This document shows, in pieces, positions 48,093-56,600 of a stretch of 64,000 bases of DNA. The translations under genes were made by a program, and so were the position numbers. The notes beneath the pieces were generated by a model. That model saw only the letters and a program-made list of their open reading frames with translations. It was not told where the DNA came from and did no database searches. Location: the sequence record LR745206.1; one strand, written 5' to 3'. Position 1 is the stretch's first letter, and every line of letters starts with the position of its first letter.

Positions 48093-48384
48093 GATAGACA
48101 ATTTATTATGTGATTTGTTTGAGATTAGGAATAGTAAACATTCTGTTATCAAAAAACAAAAGTATGAGAAAGCTGCTGAATTGAGAGATTCTGAGAGACA
48201 ATTAGAAGTTAAAATCTATAAGATTCTCTATTCGGAAGAATTATATGATTGGGAAAAATTATCAGAAGGTATAAGTAAGTATTGCTTTGACACATATGGT
48301 TTTATATATGATAATAAAGATTATGATTCTAATTTTAGAGAAACAATTCGAGAAATAAAATTAAAACAACTGGGTATAAAATAA
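48085..48384 (+). CDS. UVR-domain (ClpC middle domain-like) protein plus tag
   Basis: KHSVIKKQKYEKAAELRDSERQL; ends IREIKLKQLGIK. Confidence 0.7.
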   Translation: MNEIDNLLCDLFEIRNSKHSVIKKQKYEKAAELRDSERQLEVKIYKILYSEELYDWEKLSEGISKYCFDTYGFIYDNKDYDSNFRETIREIKLKQLGIK

Positions 48385-48394
48385 TACATATATT

Positions 48395-48664
48395 ATGGCA
48401 AATCAGAAATTATCAACAAAACAACTTTCATCTACTGGTATTCCATCAGGTAGTGTTTTAATATCGGATGGGACTGGTAATGTTACTTGGAATGATACCA
48501 TATCAATGAATTCTGATATGATAGACTTTTTTGAGTTGGTATTAGTAGCACTTGGATATGATATAACTTATGATGAGTTTAGTAAGATGAGTGGTGAAGA
48601 GAAAAAAGCAATCATTCGTGATATAAAAATTAAAAGGGTATTAGATGTTAATAATAAAGATTAA
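48395..48664 (+). CDS. tail-fibre-repeat-like fragment plus tag
   Basis: GSVLISDGTGNVTW; ends IRDIKIKRVL. Confidence 0.6.
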   Translation: MANQKLSTKQLSSTGIPSGSVLISDGTGNVTWNDTISMNSDMIDFFELVLVALGYDITYDEFSKMSGEEKKAIIRDIKIKRVLDVNNKD

Positions 48665-48839
48665 AGAAGGAGAGAAAATAGATAGAGCTCTAAAGAGATA
48701 CAAGGCTAAATACAATAAAACTAAAATTGGTAAAGAATTGAGAGATAGAAAAAATTTCAAGAAGAAAAGTGTTAAACGTAGAGAGGAATTAAGTAAAGCT
48801 ATCTATATTCAAAATATTAAAGATTCAGAACAAGATTAA
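48645..48839 (+). CDS. rpsU: 30S ribosomal protein bS21
   Basis: MLIIKIKEGEKIDRALKRYK..ELRDRKNFKKKSVKRR..KAIY. Confidence 0.88.
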   Translation: MLIIKIKEGEKIDRALKRYKAKYNKTKIGKELRDRKNFKKKSVKRREELSKAIYIQNIKDSEQD

Positions 48840-48840
48840 T

Positions 48841-49275
48841 ATGGGTTTCAATAAGAGATATATTAAAAAGGAAATGATATTGGATAATGTTAATAACATT
48901 TCTTATATAAAAGGATTAGTTAAGGCTGATGCTTTGATAATGGATAATTGGTCTGTGAAATTCTTTGATAACTTCAATTTTAAATATGAAACATATAATA
49001 AAATAAGAGAAGGTATAAAAGAAGATACAATATTTGATTCACATCATAATAATGTCCTTAATCATGAAAATTATAAAGAATTATTTAATTTATCAAATGT
49101 CCTTTTGAACCTTAAAACAGATCCAGCTTGGATTGATATTTTATTAACAAGTGATATTTTAAAAGAACTCGATATGGATTTTGTAGAAAAACAAAACCCA
49201 CCAGAAGATATAAGAGGTAGATTTAACGAATTGGTACCTTATTTTATTAAAGTAATAGAAGATTATTATGGATAA
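48841..49275 (+). CDS. hypothetical protein
   Basis: 144-aa ORF starting MGFNKRYI. Confidence 0.6.
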   Translation: MGFNKRYIKKEMILDNVNNISYIKGLVKADALIMDNWSVKFFDNFNFKYETYNKIREGIKEDTIFDSHHNNVLNHENYKELFNLSNVLLNLKTDPAWIDILLTSDILKELDMDFVEKQNPPEDIRGRFNELVPYFIKVIEDYYG

Positions 49276-49987
49276 GAATAAAAATTATTATGATATACTT
49301 GGTGTTATACATAAATCAGAACCAAATCAAATAAAAAAAGCTTATTATAAATTATCATTTATACACCATCCTGATAAAGGAGGAGATCCTGTTGTATTTG
49401 GTGAAATGACCGAAGCTTATGATGTTCTTTGTGATGAAAAATCAAGAGAAGAATATGACTCAAAAAGTAAATATGGTAAAAACTATGATGAATATTTTGA
49501 GTTGTTTGATATAAAGGTTGATTTCACATATGAAGATAGTAAAGATCATTTAGAAAAATTCAAAAAAAATGAAATAAATAATATTCAATTAGAAATTGAC
49601 GAAACATTTAATGGTAAAATCGAGTATGAAAGATGGGTAAAGTGTAAATCTTGTGATGGTAGTGGAAAAGATATGTCTGGAAAGATAGTTATCAGGGATA
49701 ATGATGGAAATGTTGTTAAGACATTTGATGCTGAGGATGGTTGTGATTTCTGTGAAGGAAGTGGTAAGAGTTATGATGGTTCTGATTGTTCATTTTGTGT
49801 TGGTCAGGGAAAAGTTGGACTAAAACCATGTGATAATTGTATTGGTAATGGTAGAATTATGGGTAAACAAAAATTATCTGGTATTAAATTAGTTGGTGAT
49901 GAAACTAAACTAGACACAATGGGTCATTTTTCTAAGAATGGTGTTGGATATTTACTTTTATTAAAAAAATCTGAAAAAAATTCATAA
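49268..49987 (+). CDS. dnaJ: DnaJ-family co-chaperone, C-terminally short
   Basis: NYYDILGV..HHPDKGG J-domain; four CxxCxGxG repeats. Confidence 0.85.
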   Translation: MDKNKNYYDILGVIHKSEPNQIKKAYYKLSFIHHPDKGGDPVVFGEMTEAYDVLCDEKSREEYDSKSKYGKNYDEYFELFDIKVDFTYEDSKDHLEKFKKNEINNIQLEIDETFNGKIEYERWVKCKSCDGSGKDMSGKIVIRDNDGNVVKTFDAEDGCDFCEGSGKSYDGSDCSFCVGQGKVGLKPCDNCIGNGRIMGKQKLSGIKLVGDETKLDTMGHFSKNGVGYLLLLKKSEKNS

Positions 49988-49991
49988 TAAT

Positions 49992-50022
49992 TTTGGATAT
50001 CAAATATATTTTTGTATATTTG
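49992..50022 (+). promoter_or_regulatory. Bacteroidota-type -33/-7 promoter
   Basis: TTTG(49992)-N19-TATATTTG(50015-50022). Confidence 0.7.
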
Positions 50023-50053
50023 TATTATTAATCACTAAAAACAAAAATATATT

Positions 50054-50653
50054 ATGAAAACATTAAAAAACTTACTAGTCGCTATTGTGACTCTTTTCAC
50101 GTTGAGTTCTTACTCACAAACAACATATACTTATTATGTTGATAATACTCCATTTGGTTTTACTGGAACACAAAATGTCCAAGTCGGTGACGTTGTTGAG
50201 TTCGTAAATAGTTATGCTAGTGGAACACAATTTATTGCAAAAAGAGATGGTGTTGGTCTTGTTGGATATAACCCAACAAATACTACTAATATGGGAGCTG
50301 TTATTTACTCCTACACGATATTATCATCTGATGTTAATTTTGATATTCAAGTTGGTGTCGCTTCAGCATTTACTGCCTACTTTCAAAGAATTTATTTCAC
50401 TGTTTCTGCAACTACTGGTGTTGATGAAGTATCTAATACGAATTTCACTGTATATCCTAACCCAACAACTGATTTCTTAAATCTAAAGGGTGATAATATC
50501 GAATCTGTGAAGGTATTTGATATGAGTGGTAAACTTGTGTTATCAGATACATATAACACATCAAATGTTAAATTAGATGTAACATCATTAGTCAATGGTT
50601 ACTACACAGTATTAGTAAATGATGTTAAACCAATCAAGTTTATTAAGAACTAA
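50054..50653 (+). CDS. secreted protein with T9SS type A C-terminal sorting domain
   Basis: signal peptide MKTLKNLLVAIVTLFTLSSYS then Q; C-terminal VYPNPTT..VKVFDMSGKLV..LDVTSLVNGYY..KFIKN. Confidence 0.88.
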   Translation: MKTLKNLLVAIVTLFTLSSYSQTTYTYYVDNTPFGFTGTQNVQVGDVVEFVNSYASGTQFIAKRDGVGLVGYNPTNTTNMGAVIYSYTILSSDVNFDIQVGVASAFTAYFQRIYFTVSATTGVDEVSNTNFTVYPNPTTDFLNLKGDNIESVKVFDMSGKLVLSDTYNTSNVKLDVTSLVNGYYTVLVNDVKPIKFIKN

Positions 50654-50669
50654 AAATAAAGATTAATAG

Positions 50670-50696
50670 AAAACCCACTTTAGAGTGGGTTTTTTT
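50670..50696. terminator. bidirectional intrinsic terminator
   Basis: AAAACCCACT-TTAG-AGTGGGTTTTTTT. Confidence 0.8.
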
Positions 50697-50699
50697 ATG

Positions 50700-53663
50700 C
50701 TATAGAATGAAAAGTCCCTCTCCACTATTACCACCACCGCCACTTGGAGGTTCGGTTGATTGTTCGGTAGATAGACTATCCAATCCTATTGTTATATTGT
50801 CTATAAATGAAAAATCACTATCTGTATAATCTATGAATGGTGCTATTCCTTGGTAAGGTATTTGTATAGATTTATTTACATACTCTTCTGTTGTGTACTG
50901 GAAGAATGGTATCATATCTAATTCATATAATTTTATATTATCAAATGATGCTGTTAATCCACCAAGATTTAATAATAAAATATCTAATCCTCTTCTGTTA
51001 TAAAAATATTCATATTTTTTTATATTATTGGTTAAGGCATGATATACATAATCAGATATTGGAAATGCTGGATCTGCTAATCCTGGTATGTTTGTATTAT
51101 TCAGTAGGTATATGCTCGGTAGTGAGTTAATTGGAAATGTATCATTTATAGTGGAATACTCGGTTAAATCAAACTCAACAACTGAATATCTTTTTTTAGA
51201 AATATTAATATTTGTATTATCTAATGTTAATATTGAAAATGGATCAGTTAATTTTATTTGAATAGATTCATCACTTTTCCTATTTATTTCACTATTGGTA
51301 CCACCAAATAATCCTATACTGAATGTCCATCCGTTATCATAGAAATTATCCATGGTTCCGTTAGCTGGTATGGTGCTAAATGGTTCATTAAATTCAGATA
51401 CTTCACCAAGAAAATCTTCATATATTTTATGTTTTGTTCCCAATGAATATATAGACTTACCAAGAGAGTGGCTATTTCTAAATGATGATATACTAGATAA
51501 TACATCATTTGTTATATATCCATATAGATTGTTTTCGGAAAATTCTCCATATTGTGGACTATAAGAAACTAAACTTCTTCCTAAATTTGATGCTGATTGT
51601 GTTAAGTATTTAACATCAATCCATGAATTATATTTATATATAAGTGATAGATTAGTAGATTCTACTGATGTTACATTAGTACCAACATTATTATCATAAA
51701 ATTCGAAATTTTGAATAACTCCTGTTCCTGTTCTTCTTGATATTTGTCCACCTTCTGCTGTTGTTGATGATCCAAATTGTTTATCAAGTAGTATTAAATA
51801 ATCATTAATAACATCAACTACCGTAGCATCTCCATCATATTGTGGATTTAAAAGCTTATTTGTCTTATCAACATAAACTAAATCACCAACTTTAAATCCA
51901 TGTTGTGTTGAGAATGTAAGACCTAATGTATATTGATTTCCTGAAATATAATATGTATCATAGAATGTATATTCTGGGTATTCACCATAGAAGTGACCAC
52001 CATCATATTTACCATCAATCCAATGACTATCATACATTTCTGTTATATAAGGGAATCCTTTAAATAGACCAGCATTCCATATACCCTCAAAATATCCATT
52101 AAGGAATCCACCGTTTAGCCAAACATTTTTGGTCATTTTTATTTTATGATTATCTGAATCTTTTTCTATTCTCCTAAGTGGGAATGTATTTACAAAATCA
52201 ACAATTATGCTATTTGTGGTAACTGATAATACAGTAAAATAGTTTTTCATTAATTTCCTATTCTCATTTATATCAATACCTACAATATTACCAATTGATA
52301 CTTTATCACCTATATTAAAATTAGATGTTGATGATTGTGGACCAGTTATTTTAATCCTCCATCTTGTATTTTTAGTTTCCATTAATAATGATATTTCGAT
52401 ATCATCAAACTCATATACCTCTGTATCAACTCTCCAACCACTATTCCATACTCCATTTTCCCAAACACCAGCTTTGAATGTTCCATTACCAACTTTTGCT
52501 CTAAGAAAATTTAAGTTTACAACATCACCATACAGATTAGAAAAGAATCCTGGGAAACCAGTAGCTCCTAAAAAGGTTGAAGATGTTGGATTATGTAGTG
52601 TATCATCACCTATTACAACAACACTATAAGTTGCATCTGGTGATCCACCAATAACACCTAATGGTGTCGGTTCGTAATAATTACCAGAGTTTGTAAATAA
52701 AAATTGTTCATTATTATCAATTTCTTGATATGATCCTTCTATTATTATATTTGATATTGTTAGTGTTGCGTTTGATTCAAAATAATTAGCTACAAATAGA
52801 ACATATTGATCACCTATTAGATTATAAAAATTATAACTACCACTTTCTTCTATCTTACCTAGAAATTGTCCATTTTGTAATACCGAATTGAATGTTGCTG
52901 TATTTGTTGTTTTCAATGAAGATAGATAGATATCATCTATTAAATACATATTAACATATGATTGTGTTGTTGATCCACTTACTGCTATATCAAAAGATAT
53001 ATTGAATATTGGATATTCAATAAGCTTTGTTATATAGTTACTAGCGGTATATCCTAATTGTGTTATACCACTATTATTTGTACCAGCTGGATATCTCCTC
53101 GTTGATGATATTGTTGTGTTTGATTTCCACTTAAAAGATTCTGATGCTGTAGCATACTCCCACCCTAGATTTAAGGAGCTTGATGTTATAGACCAACCTT
53201 GTATAAACCAATCAAACTCAACAACTTCAAATCCATTTATTGTAGGTATTCCAAATGTATCAGATGCTGGATTACCGAATCCATTATAAGTTGATTTATA
53301 TTCCACCATATCACTTGATACTTTAGGGGCTGCTGGTTTTGAATACATATATACTTTTTCTGCAATAGGTAGTGATGGTCTGCTATCATATAATGGATTT
53401 GCATTCTGTATATATGAGAATGTTGCATCCCAAGGAGTTTCTATTTCTAAAAATTTTGAAAAAGTCGGTGATCCATCGAAATTAGAAAAATCATCAACTG
53501 TTGTTATAAATTGATAGTTCTTGTTTGGGCTAAAGGTTTTGGTTGTTGAAACATACCATAAACTATATGTGGTCGAAGCTCCAGAGCTTGATCTGGTCAT
53601 ACCACCTTCCGATGCGTTATATACCCATTTACTACCACCTGTTGTACTTGTCTGCCAACCCAT
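50700..53663 (-). CDS. 987-aa virion/tail protein with W/G repeats
   Basis: GTFKAGVWENGVWNSGW, GYFEGIWNAGLF; beta-rich. Confidence 0.65.
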   Translation of the reverse strand: MGWQTSTTGGSKWVYNASEGGMTRSSSGASTTYSLWYVSTTKTFSPNKNYQFITTVDDFSNFDGSPTFSKFLEIETPWDATFSYIQNANPLYDSRPSLPIAEKVYMYSKPAAPKVSSDMVEYKSTYNGFGNPASDTFGIPTINGFEVVEFDWFIQGWSITSSSLNLGWEYATASESFKWKSNTTISSTRRYPAGTNNSGITQLGYTASNYITKLIEYPIFNISFDIAVSGSTTQSYVNMYLIDDIYLSSLKTTNTATFNSVLQNGQFLGKIEESGSYNFYNLIGDQYVLFVANYFESNATLTISNIIIEGSYQEIDNNEQFLFTNSGNYYEPTPLGVIGGSPDATYSVVVIGDDTLHNPTSSTFLGATGFPGFFSNLYGDVVNLNFLRAKVGNGTFKAGVWENGVWNSGWRVDTEVYEFDDIEISLLMETKNTRWRIKITGPQSSTSNFNIGDKVSIGNIVGIDINENRKLMKNYFTVLSVTTNSIIVDFVNTFPLRRIEKDSDNHKIKMTKNVWLNGGFLNGYFEGIWNAGLFKGFPYITEMYDSHWIDGKYDGGHFYGEYPEYTFYDTYYISGNQYTLGLTFSTQHGFKVGDLVYVDKTNKLLNPQYDGDATVVDVINDYLILLDKQFGSSTTAEGGQISRRTGTGVIQNFEFYDNNVGTNVTSVESTNLSLIYKYNSWIDVKYLTQSASNLGRSLVSYSPQYGEFSENNLYGYITNDVLSSISSFRNSHSLGKSIYSLGTKHKIYEDFLGEVSEFNEPFSTIPANGTMDNFYDNGWTFSIGLFGGTNSEINRKSDESIQIKLTDPFSILTLDNTNINISKKRYSVVEFDLTEYSTINDTFPINSLPSIYLLNNTNIPGLADPAFPISDYVYHALTNNIKKYEYFYNRRGLDILLLNLGGLTASFDNIKLYELDMIPFFQYTTEEYVNKSIQIPYQGIAPFIDYTDSDFSFIDNITIGLDSLSTEQSTEPPSGGGGNSGEGLFIL

Positions 53664-53696
53664 TATTTATATATTATTTAATATTATATTCATATC

Positions 53697-56600
53697 TTAA
53701 AATGATGGTAGTGCTGGTGCTGATGGTAATATTCTACTTGTTGGTGTAGATCCAGTTGCGAAAATTATTCTATCACTATCAACAGTATTCTCATATTTGA
53801 AAATATTCCATATATGACAAGATGAAGTTCCAGACCAAGACATACCCCTAAACAACATTTGTTTATTAAAGTCATTTAACACACTACCATCAAATTGGTA
53901 ATAGGAACCTTGCCAGTTACCATTTCTCCAAGTACCATTCTCCCAGAATACATTATAAGCATTCATATAGTTTGATATACCATTTTTCCATACCATACCA
54001 AATGCTGTTCCTGTTAACCATTTACCTTGATTCCATCGTGATATATAAAAATCACTATCACTTAGTATACCATTATACCAAACACAAGAACCACTCCCTG
54101 TTGATAAATTATCATTTACATTAAATGATGCTGATAGTCCACCATTTCTTATTACGTATGGATTAAATGAACTTGAATTAAATTTACCCGTTTCGAATCC
54201 ACCATTTAACCAAACACTATTATTAAATTCACCTGATGGATGGCTAAATGTTCCAGCTATCCAAAGTGCATTTTTAACAGTAGTTATCTTTTCCTTTATT
54301 CTTGTTACAGATCTTTCAATATCTGTGTATAATTTTTTATCCTTTATGAATTTATCTTTAACATTTGTTACATATCCATCATTCCACATACCATAATATG
54401 ATTGTGTATATGATTGTACAAAATTATAAGCATTTGACACGGTCATAGCATCAACTTTATATCCACCTACCGCTGAATAGGTTGAGCTTCCCTCAAATTG
54501 CCCAGATGTAAATACTCCACTATTCCAATATCTTCCTGTGAATTTACCTCCATTGAATTCTCCGGTATACCAAACAGAGTTTGTTCCTAAATTAGCATTA
54601 CCAAACTCACCTCCATTAAATACACCATCTTCCCAACCATAATCTGTTTGTGTCGTGGATCCGGATACTGTCCATCCGTATCCTGATATAAATTTACCAC
54701 CGTTAAATGTTCCATTTTTCCATCTAGCGTTTGTTATAAATTGACCACCATTGAACATACCAGTATACCAAATAGCAGTATTCGATGCGGTTGTTTGTAT
54801 TATATCTGATCCAAATACACCTCCATTAAATACACCATCATTCCAATATATTGTTGAATTGGATAATCCAGAATAACTTGTATCTAATGCGTATAGTGTT
54901 GCATTCTCTACCGTGGCATAATTAATAACACCATTATAGAATAAAGTATCAGATACAGATACTACAATATCACCAATTGTTCCATTATTAAATATACCAT
55001 CATACCATTTAGAATAGTATATCTTTCCGTTGTTAAACACCCCATCTTCCCAATCACTTTTATAAAACTCACCATTATTGAACTCACCATTTTGCCAAGT
55101 GTATCTATCATTGTATGTAGTAAGTGTTGTTAACCCATCTTTATAATAAGATCTAATGTTTTCGGTGTAATAGTTAGGTGTATTTACTGTTGAATTAGCA
55201 TCAAAGCTTCTTGAATCATAGAATGTTCCAGTTCTAAATACACCATCAATCCATCTACTTTTTTTAATTGTTCCTTTATTAAAGGTACCACCATTCCATA
55301 TTAAAAATTGACCTAATCCATCATTCCAAATGTCACTACCATTAACTATACTACCATTCATATATAATGCTTTTGATAAAATATTGTTATTGTTAGTGAA
55401 TAATGGATCTGATATAACTAAGCTTCTAATTTTCTCTATGTTATTAAAATCTTTATCTTCAACATCAAATGAATCATTCTCTATAAATGATTCTGTCATA
55501 TATGATCTTCTGAATAAACCAGCTTTTATCTTAGATTTATTAAATTTTGTTTTATAGATATATCCATATCTATTATAAGCATCTGTTGTATAAAATAACC
55601 CATCATCTAATAATGTTGATAAAATACTATAAGTTCCAGTTACTACTTCTTCCAATTCTATAACACCGCTTATGTTAGATAATACTTTATATGTATCTGG
55701 TAATCTTATAACCGAACCAGTTGTTGAGATAACTTGTACCTTAGCATTTATATTACCATCATTTATTGTTATTAAATCACCGACAGTATATCCAATTCCT
55801 GATGTGCTTATTGTTGCACTTAAAACCTCACCGTTTGTTATTGATGTTACCGTGACTGATGCTGATGGTGATCCACCTGGTATATCCAATACATCACCTA
55901 TTAGATATCCAGTACCCTGGTTTGATATAGTTGCTGATATAACTACACTACCAGAAACGGTATAATCTAATGTGAATCCTATTCCAGCACCACCAACTGT
56001 ACTAACACCAAAGTAATTATTATCAGCGTACCCACTACCAGGTACTAATGAGCCAATTGATAATACAGATCCGATTGTGTCAGCCGTATAATCTAATGTG
56101 AATCCTGTACCAGATCCGTTTATTGTTGATACTCCTGTTGCTGATTGTGTATATCCAGAACCAGAAGCTGATATTGTTATCGATAATATTTTACCAGAAG
56201 TGTCATAATCAACACCATTTAAGAAAACTACATCACCCTCTTTCAAATAATCTTCTGATGATTCTGGGTATTCAAAATTATAGTTGGTAATTGCTGTTAA
56301 AACAGAACTCATAGTAGCTATTGATAAATCATAATAACCACCCTCAATTGATGGTATTGTGATATTTGAATCATTATTATAATTTATATGTCTACCACTA
56401 TTCCAATTTGATGTTTCAAATAATCCACTATCAAAATCAGAGTCTATTATATAAGCTTTTGTAAAATCAATATTATTACCTAGTGATGGTGGCATTATTA
56501 CTGATGCTGTTGGACTAGGATGTGATCTATTGAAATCTATACCATATACTTCCGTTGATGGGCTATGTATATCAGAAATCGATGTAACTATATCAATAGA

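Noticed and set aside
30411-50696. Near-identical AAAACCCACT..AGTGGGTTTT hairpins (also 7000) as a mobile repeat family
   Set aside because: All sit between convergent genes with T-tracts; ordinary bidirectional terminators explain them.
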